Shown here: positions 26,016 through 37,527 of the stretch, one piece after another
Numbering within the stretch: the stretch's first letter is position 1
Layout: each line of letters opens with the position of its first letter
Origin: Callorhinchus milii
Lineage: Eukaryota
Length of the DNA stretch: 64,000 nucleotides
Direction: 5' to 3'
Assembly: GCF_018977255.1 (NCBI RefSeq)
Contig: NW_024704743.1
Location: 66,032,001-66,096,000 of the forward strand
The notes under the pieces: model-generated
Seen by the model: the letters and a program-made list of their open reading frames with translations, nothing else
What the model was told of the DNA's origin: nothing
The model's database searches: none
Position numbers and translations under genes: made by a program

Positions 26016-26800
26016 CAAATAGAGCAAATGAAGACTCAGGTAGAATTTTTACCCGCAAGTCGGAAAAGTGCAGAAGTTGTTATTAATGCAATAAATCTGC
26101 TTCACAAATATCACAATTAAACTCAAAAGTGACTTGATAATTTGTGCAACTTGGATATAAGAGGGTGGGGATCAAATTGCACCAAAATCTTAATTAATTT
26201 GTATAAACTGCGAAGCTTATTATTTTGAGGGCTGGCTTAGACATGTTAATTGATCAAGGCTACAAGGTGCTAGAGGAATAAAATGTGCAAACCCCCCTGA
26301 AAATAAATGTTTTACACAGCTGATCTGGTCACTGTATTCTCAACACTGACATAAACATTCAACACAAAGTTTATTAGTAAACACTTTCTAGCTCAAATAT
26401 TTTTATTGTATAAATAAATAGGCCTGGATATGAAATTTGTAAAGATCACTTATCAAATTGCAATATTCTTTATAATTATATAGTAAGTCACATCAAATCA
26501 AGGATTATTAGTATTATTTGTCATAATGCCTTATCATGTCGGTACTTTGAGTTGCGACAGCAGTGGCCCACAAACAGTCGTGAAGTGAGTGACTAATTCT
26601 ATTTGGGGGCTTGTTGTCCAGGAAACCGGGAACAGATTCCCTTCTACTTTTCAATAGTGTCATAGGATCTTTAATGTCGACCTGAATAAACACATGGGAT
26701 CTTTGTTTAACACCTCATATGCAGTACCTCCAATACTCCAATCCTGGGATCCGTTACTGTAAAGCGCTCTGAGATGCCGTCCAGCGTGGAGGGCGCTATA

Positions 26801-27772
26801 TTTCATAGATTTATAGATTCATAGAATGTTACGGCACAGAAGGAGGCCATTCGGCCCATCGAGTCTGTGCCGGCTCTTTGGCAGAGCAAGTCACTTTCAC
26901 TAACCCCAATCACCAGCTTTCTCCCCATAACCCTGCGAACCCATCTTCCCCAGATACCTATCCAGTTCTCCCTTAAAAGCTGTTATCGAATTGGACTTCA
27001 CTGCCCTTTCCAAATTCGAATAACTCGCTGAGTGAAAACATTTCTTCTAACCTCTCCTCTGCTTCTTTTGGTAGATATCTTAAGACTGTGACCATGGGTC
27101 ACAGAAACACTTACCAGCAGAAACAGCTTTTCCTTATCCAGCCTGTCGAAACCCTTCATGATCTTGAAGACCTCTATCAGGTCCCTGCGTAACCGTCTCT
27201 GCTCTAATGAGAAAATTCCTAACTTTTCCAGCCTGTCCTCATAGCTAAGGTTCCCCATTCCTGGTATCATTCTCGTGAATCTCCTGCACCCTTTCCAGTG
27301 CCTTAATATCCTTCCTGAGGTAAGGTGCCCAGAACTGGACGCAGTACTCCAGCTGAGGCCTAACCAGTGTTTTGTATAGATTAACCATAACCTCCCTACT
27401 CTTATACTCTATGCCCCTACTAATAAAGCTCAGTACACCAAATGCCTTTTTTACTGCCTTATCTATCTGCCCCACTACCTTGAATGATTCGCTTACTTGA
27501 ACACCCAGATCTCTCTGTACGTTCACCCCCCTTAAGATTGAGCTAGCAAGTCTATATTGCCTCCTATCATTTTTTTTACCTAGGTGTATCACCTCACACT
27601 TATCCACATTGAAATCCATCTGCCACATGTCAGCCCATTCCACCATTCTGTGAATGTCTGCTTGCAGTTGGTTACAGTCCTCCTCACTATTTACTACCCT
27701 ACCTAACTTTGTATCATCTGCAAACTTGGAAATAGTGCTCTCTATGCCCAAGTCCAGATCATTAATATATAT
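26801..27772 (-). mobile_element. CR1 LINE 3' fragment (RT C-terminus, 3'UTR, TCTATG-type terminal repeats)
   Basis: ORF 27245-27790 contains YINDL, KFADDTKL, RDLGV and YKTLVRPQLEYCVQFW; ORF 26998-27270 contains LEQRRLRRDLIEVFK. The tail is GGCCTCCTTCTGTGCCGTAACATTCTATG. Confidence 0.96.
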
Positions 27773-29049
27773 TAGAATATATAAATCCAAGTTTTTGTTG
27801 TTATTGTTGTTACAGCAGCACTGCCCTGGAGTCTTGCATACACTTTTGAGTTCTAAATCCCAAAGTGGGGTTTGAATCTAAACCTTCTAACTCAGAGGAG
27901 AGAATGCTACCAACTGAGCCAGCCTGACACCTCTTTTTATTCCCAGTACCCGCTATTTTAAGTTACACGTTGTTTAGTTATCAAATGCAGTGAAACCTAA
28001 CCTCATATATGACTGATACAAGCATTGGACTATAATGCACCGTACCCATTTATTTCTATATGAACTCTTAAATTGAACATTATGCTGATCCAAAGGTAAT
28101 ATTTCTTGGTAAATTAGATAGTATAGTTATCCTAATTCATTAAAATTGTATAATTTCAAATGCCAAAATGCAATCTCAAATGAGAAAATTACTCAAATTA
28201 AATAATACATTGGACTGATATTTATTTACCGACACAGCACATATTTTATCTTAAAACTTTCGACCCGACATGTTTTTCTGGATTTAAGTTGTTTTTATTT
28301 CTCTGAACTATCCACCCTCACCAGTGGTTTGGCAAGGAAATCTAATAGTTTGGAGAATAGTTTCGCAGGACAATGCAAAGCTTCTTTCATTGTTTCTGTA
28401 AGAAAGCTGTAGTACAAATACTTTGGAGCTTTAATTTTATGGGATTTTATTCCAAATAATGTGTTAATACTTTGCCTCTTTTGGGAGTAAAAGCAGCAAT
28501 GTTGGAAATAGGCTGCGTGCGCCATAGAAAATAACATTGTTTATGCCAAATAATAAAATAAACCATTTAATAACTGTTACAGCAGTTTGGGGAATTATCA
28601 GTCTCCATTATACACTTCTTGTGGTAACATTTTATAAGTTTAATCAGTCAGCTGAATATTATGAGCAAAGAGAGAAGAAGGATAAAATAACACAAACACA
28701 ACTTGCATTTATATCCTTCATGCAGGATAGCATCTTGGAGCACTGCATAGTGGTGGGGTTTAACACCAAACAAAGGAGAAGTGAGAGGGGGAGGTGACCA
28801 TAGGCACACAGAGGTATACAGATGGGATTTAAAGATAGATAGAGAGGGGTTGAGGCAGAGGGAGATAGGCAGAGTCTGTGATGTTGGTCTGTTTATTTAT
28901 TAAGAGACTAAATTGAAGATCACAGTTAAAATTCAGCTACAAATACACTTTAAAGTAAAATCCTGTGAAGTACTTTGAGAATAAACTCCCAACTTGAAAG
29001 ACACTTCATCAAATGTAAAGGATTATTAATATTATTATGGACATTTTTG

Positions 29050-29415
29050 GCAAACTTGGTAGCACTCTTACCTCTGAGTCAAAGGGTTGTGGGTTCAGGA
29101 CATATGTTGGGATTGAAACTCATAAACTCTAGGTTGATACTCCAATACAATGCTGCAGGTGTGCTGCATTGATGGAGGTGCTGCATTTTGAATGCAATGT
29201 TAAACCAAGGCCATGTCTGCTTGTTCAGGTGGATGTTAAAAATTCCATGGCACTATTCAAAAAGAGAAGGGAGATTCCTCTAGTGACCTGGCCAACCATC
29301 CTCCAAATAAAGTTGGTCATTCACTTTATGGCTGCAAGTGGAATATTGTTGTGCGCAAATTGGTTGCCGCATTCTTTCACAAAAATACAGCCACTATAGT
29401 ATATACTGTGAATTA
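29050..29415 (+). mobile_element. DeuSINE copy
   Basis: Head TTGGTAGCACTCTTACCTCTGAGTCA and core GTTCAGGTGGATGTTAAAAATTCCATGGCACTATTC. Confidence 0.88.
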
Positions 29416-29489
29416 TATCCAACATAAAGAGTATTTAATAGTAATAAGACCTATGTTGGAGCATTAAGTTTGGAAAGAGCTGGAAACAA

Positions 29490-29598
29490 ACAAGCCATTC
29501 TGCCCATCGTGTCTGTGCCGGTTTTTTGAAAAGAGCTATCCAATTCAATCCCACTCCCTTGCTCTCTCCCTATAGCCATGCAAACTTGTCCTCCCCAA
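29490..29598 (-). mobile_element. CR1 3'UTR fragment
   Basis: Near-identical to 56262-56366. Confidence 0.85.
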
Positions 29599-29696
29599 AT
29601 GCAAAAAATACTATTATTATACTAAAAGCAAGGATTACTATGATCAAATGCAAAACTTATTGTTACTGTACTACTATTATCATTATATCAAATGCA

Positions 29697-29978
29697 AGCA
29701 TACCAAACCTCCGATTAGCCAGACTAATAGGGGGAGAGAGTGGCGAGCCAGAATTTCTGGCTAAGTGCAATCACAACATTGGCCAGTACCGGCATTGTAA
29801 TTGTTTGAATCCTGTGAACAAATGAGAGCGAATAAGCTATCCTCTGCTCGCAGGATTCAAACTGAGTGAAAGTCACTATCCCTGCCTGGCCACTGAAGGT
29901 CATCGAGGACCGTAAGGCAGGGCATGCACAAGGAGAATGGGCATCTACACAAGCATGGGCCTGTGGAATTTTTTTTTT
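29697..29978 (+). repeat. Unassigned multi-hairpin repeat or candidate structured RNA
   Basis: Five consecutive stems followed by T10. A partial second copy lies at 31750-31808. Confidence 0.5.
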
Positions 29979-32900
29979 ACTTTTTCCGTTTTGGGCTTAG
30001 TCTGGCTTGGTATAAATTCCAGATACCCGGAGTCAAGTAAGCTGGGTGTTTACGATATTATTATTACTCCAACTTATTTTAAGAGTGTCTACTTCTACAT
30101 TCTTATGATCCTGGGGTCTGGTTTTAATATTCACAAAGGACATTCAAAGAATGACTGCAACTTGGATTAACAAATGTTGAAAACCATCTAATAGATGATA
30201 TTCATCAAACAGCCGTTTGCAATTTCCAATAGCAGTCAAAGTGCGAAAAGAGACAAAAAGAGCAGAGGTTCATCTATTTTACTCTCTGGCCTTTTTATTC
30301 TGCACTTTGTAGCTTTCTGAAATGATTTAGCCAATATGTCAAATTGAAGGATTTTCGAAATTTGAAAACAAAAGTCACAAGTAACTTGTTGACTCTCATT
30401 CGTGAATGTAACAACTAAAATCACACTGCAGCCAACTAGATGGAGTGAAAGTTCACTGTTCAGTACAAATTACCCACCTTGGTGGTGTGTGCTTATCGAC
30501 CAGCAGTATTTCATCCCCTCTAGATATCAGGGAACATAGCTCAATGCAATGTGAGAAGAGTATTATTGGAGCCATGGAATGCCAGCTTGAGTTCCTAAGC
30601 TATGCTAACAGTTCTTAGCTTAAAGTTATTCCTGGGTTTTGGATTCATATTATACAGAAACAAGAACTTTGAGCTGATGGCTTTAGAATTATAAATGGGC
30701 TTTAATAGTAGTGGTAAATGAGAGCGATATTACCACTAACAGAATTGTAAATGTTACATTGGCAGCAGCAGTAACAGTGTAGAAGCACCATTAGATCAGA
30801 CATTTTCCTTCTATCTTTAGTATCACCGGTATGGAGTTACCATCACCAGCTACATTTTCCAGTGGCAATTGGTGGGAACCATTTAAAGATTTTTTTGAAA
30901 TTCCAGCTGCCCTGTTACTGGTACTTAGGCAATTTTCTGCTCTCTCTTCATAGCTAACAGACAATTAAGAATGGCTTATACTGTAGCTACAATGTCAGGT
31001 TTTAAATATGGAAGAGAAAGAGGAAAGGGGGAAAGTGAAGGAGCCCAGTTGCCCACTGGTACCAGCACTGGAATCCCATTACCAGTTTCCAAGAGAAATA
31101 CTCTACAAAAAACTCATAAACCCTGCACCAGTTGCCCTTCATTTGACACCACTGCTTGAATGTAAGACTAAGATTAGAAAATTCAACGTGTGAGAAATTC
31201 TACCACTCTGGGATCTGTCACATATTGATCTTCTTTTGTTTCTTGTTTCTAATGGCATATGATAGATGCCTCTGCGGTACAGTCTGTTGAAGCTGGACCT
31301 TATCCAGCCAAAAGGATAGGCTGGAACTCTGACAAAATTATTGCTTTTCCCAGTGTCACAAAATTAACTTCACTTGGGTCTGATCTAATTGTGGACCCTG
31401 CAGATGGTTGATACAGAGTGCCATGATGCAGGGTATAGCTCTATAGATACTCATAAACTCCCTACTTGCTTTCACTTGCAGAATTGTAATCTGGATGGAA
31501 ATCGGGATCTTGGCCAAATATCTGCCAGAACTAATCATCCCATCGCAAACTTGGGCAAAAATATTTATTCAGAATCCAGATAGGCTCATAGTATACCAGT
31601 GAAGCCAATTTTAGGGAACATCGTATTTATGCAGGAGTTCATGGGATTACATAACAGAACTAAATTGTCCCAGACTAGAAGTACTGATAAGATATTGTTT
31701 GTTCTGAACAGCAGAGAAACCGTTTGTGATTAATTAGGATAAAATATGCATTCAAACTAATATCCCTGGCCACTGAAGGTCAGCAAGCATGGTGAGGCAG
31801 TGACATGACATAACATTCACATTGTTTAACACATGTTAAAGCAGCATCGTTGTTTTTAAGTGCTAATCTACTATAAGATTACATAAATAAGTCCAAAACA
31901 TAAGTCAGAAATGTCTCACTTTAAATGTGCTTCTGTATGAAGAATTAAGATACAGATAGCAAGAACAACAACTTACATTTATATAGCACCTTTCACGTAG
32001 GATAACCGCTCAGAGTTCTTCACAGTGGCAGGGTTTGATCTGCAGGGTGGTAGATTGTGGTTATCCTCAGCTCTTTTGTGCACCATTTTTATTTGGGGGC
32101 ACATCTCGTTCTTTTTGTTCAGCTTTTGTCTGGTGTTTGTTGCTTATTCTAAGTTGCCGATGCAATATTCGGGTGTTGCAGCTTTACAATTAGCTTTACA
32201 ATTGACCTCTTTGGTTTGAACAATAACAACTCGCATTTATATAGCGGCCTTCACGCAGGGTAGCATCTCGGAGCGCTTAGCAGTGGCGGTGCCTGACTTC
32301 GAGCCGGTGTCCAATATATGACCCTGCAGTACACCATGATCGTTGTTCGCTGTCGATGTAGCTGTTTGGAATTTTGTGCAAAGTGCAATATTTTCATGTT
32401 GTATTAGTTGTGCCCTTTGAGTGCTGCAGAGCACACTTTGATCTCTGCTATTCATTTTCAGTAGATCGTGTTTTGTTGTCTTCCCAACTCCGCGAGAGGC
32501 CAGGTTAGTTCTTGGTGTTTATGAAGTGATTCACTCCATTTTAATGAAGTTGATAATTCAGATTGCCGCTCAACAGTTCTGATTGGGTGCTTGATTATAT
32601 TCCGCTGGTTGCGCGCACTCCATACCAGACAAACAGAGATTTCCGTATATTACTACATGTAGAGAGCTCAGCTATTTATCTTAGAGGTTCTTAAACATGG
32701 TAATGGGTTTCCACATGTGTCGGACACCTCATTACTTGTGAGTTTAAGTATTATTTTCATGAGCAATCCAATTAAGAATAAGGTTCAGAAGATTTTTTTC
32801 TGAAAGCTGATATGCATCCCTTCTTTTCAGGACTCCACTCATTGATACTGGTTTGAAAGTCATCAAAATACACTCCAGTAGTTATTTTCCTGTTAACTTG

Positions 32901-33871
32901 GTGACACTAAGCTTACACTCAATGGATTGATAGCAAATAAATGCTTACCTTCAGATCCCAGTCTTATTATGTTAGACCCTATAGTGATGGGCTGAATAGC
33001 CTTCTGTGTTGTAAATTTCTAGCTGTACTGGTGCTGGAGGTGAATGCTTATTCAGCATTGCTAGTTACAATATTACACATTCCTGTTGCATGCTGGCTAT
33101 ATGAACTTTTTTTTAATCTGTCCTATCCTATTACATGTAATATGATTCAACTGTATGTCAGCTCAGGCTAACTGTTCCAATGTACGTATACAATCTGAGT
33201 CTATCTCCGGGCAGTGTATATTTCAGCTGCTTAAATACCTTTGCTGGTTTTCATTTGATTGACAATTTGAACATTGTGGTAGCTTATCTGTTTGAAAAGC
33301 TCAAATGCCTTAGCTTCTGTTTGGTGAATAAATGACAACACTAATCATTCAAGAAACACTTCTTTTTAATCCATCTTTAACAGGGAAAACTGTATCTATC
33401 TTTTACATTTGTTACAATAATTTAGCAACTTCAGGCTTGGCTACCGCACTTACCAGTTTTAGGATCATGTGATCTAGTTTTGCTAAAAATCCCTTCCTTT
33501 CCATTAACTTCCGTTGGATGCTATTCTCAGCTGGTTGCTGCTTCAGCTGTCTGTTCACCTGTTGAAATGACTGCTGCTCAGTAATATAGGTCCCAAAGGG
33601 CTGCTGATACAGAAGCTATGCATATATTGTGACTGGCAGCTCGAAACCTTGATACTGCCTTTCAACAGATTTAAGCTCATTGTCTCTGAAGAGAATCTTT
33701 TTGTCACAGCAAGAAGGAGACCTTTCAGCCCATTGTAAGTGGAGGGAGTTTCTCCCAGTTTCCTGCCCAACAATCCCCCAGATAAAATTGGTCATTCACT
33801 TCATAGTTATTTGTGGGACATTGCTGTGTGCAAAATGTCTATTGCTTTCATTTCCAAATTCTACACTCCAC

Positions 33872-34215
33872 AATAAATAATAATAATACTTACTTTTGGG
33901 ATAGCGTCTTATCACATTGTCAAGATATCTCAAAGCCCTTCATAAGAATTTACTGTGCAGTAAAACTACTGTACTGAACTGTTTTTACAGGAACGAATGG
34001 AGATTGTTTACCAGGACACTGGGAGAAACTTCATTCTCTTTTTGAATAGTGCCATGGCATCTTTAACGTCCATCTGAACAGCAGATGGGGTCTCGGTTTA
34101 ATGTCTCACCTGAAAGATGGCATCTCCAACAATGCAGCACACCTCCAGCATTGCACTGGACTGCCAGAACAGACTATATGGGTTCCAAGTCCCAAAGTGG
34201 GGCTTAAGCCCACAA
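33872..34215 (-). mobile_element. DeuSINE copy
   Basis: TTTGAATAGTGCCATGGCATCTTTAACGTCCATCTGAACAG. It is tail-to-tail with a partial + strand copy at 33745-33850. Confidence 0.88.
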
Positions 34216-34414
34216 ACTTCTTCCACGTCTTCAAGATGCCTCATTTAATTTTAGATCTTCCAACTTTCTCTGTTGCAGGGAACTGCTCCAGAACTCTGTG
34301 TAAATGTGTGTGAGAAAAATTGAAGAAAGACATTTCCAACTCTTAAATTGAATAAAATCAGAATGTTAATGTTTGGAACTTCAGCTTTTCCTGCAAGATC
34401 TATTTGTTCCTTTC

Positions 34415-36122
34415 GTTACCCCTTGAAAACATCTGTCATCGCCCCCATCCTTAAAAAACCTTCCCTTGACCCATCTCTGATTACCATGCAACCTTCAACC
34501 TTCCTTTTTACCAAGCCCCTGGAATGAGTTACCTGGAAGGGGGTAATAAACCCTTCAAAATTAAATAAAATAAAATAATAATAATTTGGCCACTCAATCC
34601 ATGACTGTTTGTGGGACACTGCTGTGTGCAATCGGCTGTCACATTTCGCCCACAACAAATACAGTCAATTCACTTTACAATATATTCTGTGGAGCGCTTT
34701 GAGGCATCTCGAAGACGTGATAAGGCACTATAACAAATGTAAGGATATTATTATTATTATTATTATTATATAGTTGTTGCTTCCCAGCTTCGCTGTTTCC
34801 TCTCCTGCCACTCCTGTATGAACCCCATCCAATCTGGTTTCCATGCTGCTCAGAGTACAGTGACAGCCTTATTCAAATTTATAAATGACATCTGTGACAT
34901 CAGTGCTCTCTCTGTTTCCTCATCCTTCTCAATCTCTCTGCCGTCTTCGACTTGTCCCCATGTTGTATTCACTGACGACTTCTGCTCCAGCCCTCATACT
35001 ATTATGTGTGTTGTTCCTCAGGACTTTGTTCTTGGTCCTCTGCTCTTTAACATTTACATATTTTCACTCAGGGATATCACGTAAATGTTAAGGAACACCT
35101 AGGGTTGTCTTCTCGATCTGAGAGGCACTGTACTAATGTAATTTGTTGTTAATTTGTTGTTGATATCATCCACAGATATGGGGTTAACTTCCACATGTAT
35201 GTGAATGACACCCAACTCTATCTCACTGACTCCACACTTGACTCCAGGACTAGGCTATCCTGACGAATTGTCTGACAGACATAAAGTCTTGGATGAGTAC
35301 CAACTTTCTCTAGTTGAATGTTGACAAGACAGAGGCCCTCCTGTTTGACTCCATCAGGGCCTCCTCACCTCAGGCGCTGACAGCATCACTATTCATGGAT
35401 ACACTCTCTACCTCACTGAGCCAGTATGGAATCTTGGTATCTTGTTCGACCCTCAAATGTCCTTTAAATACCCCAATTTATGCCATTACCCGTTCTGCCT
35501 TCCCCCACCTCTGCAACATTGCTCACCTCCTCCACTACCTCTCCTGTCAGGTCACTGAGACCCTTATCCATGCTATCATCACATCCAGACTTGATTATGC
35601 TAACTCCCTGCTTGCCAGACTTCCCAACTGTTGCCTCCACAAGATGCAGGTTATTCAGAATTCTGCATCTCGTGTCCTGTCTTGCACCAAGTTCTGTTAG
35701 TTTAAGATCCTCATCCTCACTTTTAAAGTCATCTACAGTCTTGCCCCTTCATACCTCTGTAAAACCTTACCAATCTGCTCCCTTCCTCCACTTGGCAAGC
35801 AATGGCCTACTCCATTTCCCCGTCCTGCCTGCTTCACCATCAGCGGTCAGGCCTGCAGCCTTTCTGCCCCCACCCTCTGAAATTCTATCTTGGAGTCCCT
35901 TCACCTCATCCCCTCCCTTGCCTCCTTCAAGGCCCGTCTCAAGTACTTCTTCTTTGACCAGGCCTTCAGTCATCTTCCCACCTCCACCTCACTTGTCCTC
36001 CACCCCTCTTGACTATAACCCCCAGCTCGGGTACAACCCTTGACTGAGACATCCTCCCTTGAGATGTCCTCTGGATGTGAAAGGCCCAATATAAATGTAA
36101 TTTGTTGTTGTTGCTGTTGTTA
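34415..36122 (+). mobile_element. Decayed L2 (subfamily B type) interrupted by a SINE 3' half (~34550-34770) and an L2 tail (~35085-35160)
   Basis: PILKK, QSGFHAAQST, VPQDFVLGPLLF, FHMYVND and HAIITSRLDYAN, with a (TTG)n tail. Confidence 0.9.
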
Positions 36123-37527
36123 CTTGAGTGTCAAATGTTTGTTGCTCACCATGTTTAATATTCTCCCCCTGCACTGAGCAATTAGAATCTTATGTAAAAG
36201 TAATCTGTATCCAACTTTCCTGGCAAGCAAAAAGGATTTTCTCTCTTCAAATACTCTGGTGATCTAGTGTCCAAGTATATTTACTGAAGGTCTAAGGAAA
36301 CCATTTGGCCTCTATCTTCACACACACACCATCTGTTTTGTTTTCAGCCTTCGACACTGGATAGCCTGTCCAATATTTGGGTGGTCAGAACCTGCATTGA
36401 GAAGTTCAATTAGCTTAAATGCTCTAAATCCCTTCCATAAAGGTGGGGGTATTTCAGTTAAGGAGGGGAAATATCAGCAACGTTTGCTGCTACTGATCCC
36501 TATCCAATGTGAACATTTGTGGAATTTCTCTTGATATGTCCACCGATAGGGGAAAAAAATTCTGCTGACACAAATTTTCAATGTTCATAATTCAGCTGGC
36601 ACCTGTGGATTCACCATAAGTCAACATCTATAGGAAAGGGTGGGAGTAGATAGGTGAAATCAAAATAATCTACAGTACAACAATATCACAGTAAAATATT
36701 GTGTCTCAAGATAAACTTTGTACAGTGTGAGAGATAAACCCAGCTCTGTAATGCAGTGCTCATGAGAACCTAGAGGAAGCTACATATTCACATGAGGGAA
36801 AAGGGAACAAAAGGGTAAGGGAGGGAGTAAGTAGTGAGTGGAGACTCATTTGGAGTGCAAACACCGGCACAGACTAGTTGGGACGAACGTCCTGCTTCTG
36901 TATTGTACATTCTATGTAAATCTGCAAATTTATGTAAACCTATATGTTTGTTTTCTGTCTTCAACAGCTGGGGAACAGAATGTTGTTTCTTTAGACTACT
37001 GAACTGTGACAGAATTCATAAAACAGTCCTAAATCTTCCACTACTTCTAAGATTAGTAATCGCTTGATGCAATGTTATTTTTGGTTCATAAATTTGGAAG
37101 TTTCACATTATTATGTAAAGGCAAAATAAATTTGAGGATCAAGGGAAGGAAACAAAAGGTGTTTATGAAGGAAAGAGTTAGGATTCCTCATTTATTTTCC
37201 TAACTGGACTTCTATTCATAAATCTACACTGAAAGTCAAATCATCTCAACACCTTTTTTGTTCAAATACTGGCACTGCATTCAGCAATAAGATGTAGAGG
37301 TGGGGGGGAGGATGGCTGGGACATTTGTGCAAAGCAAGAATTAATACTAACAGTAAAATAAGGTCAATATCAAAGACGTTTCTCATTACTTGGCTTAAAT
37401 TTATGAATGACTTTCTCATAGCTTCTAATCTCAGTCAGAAGCTATTAAAAAGTTACCAGGAAGAGTGGTTGAGCCTGGAATGCTGTAATCATTTAAAATC
37501 AGCTTGATGCTGTGATTGCAAGATTCA

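Noticed and set aside
29598..29700. Repeated (TC)AAATGCAA units with spacers as a CRISPR-like array
   Set aside because: These are degenerate slippage copies of a SINE tail, with irregular spacing, in a eukaryotic context without cas genes.
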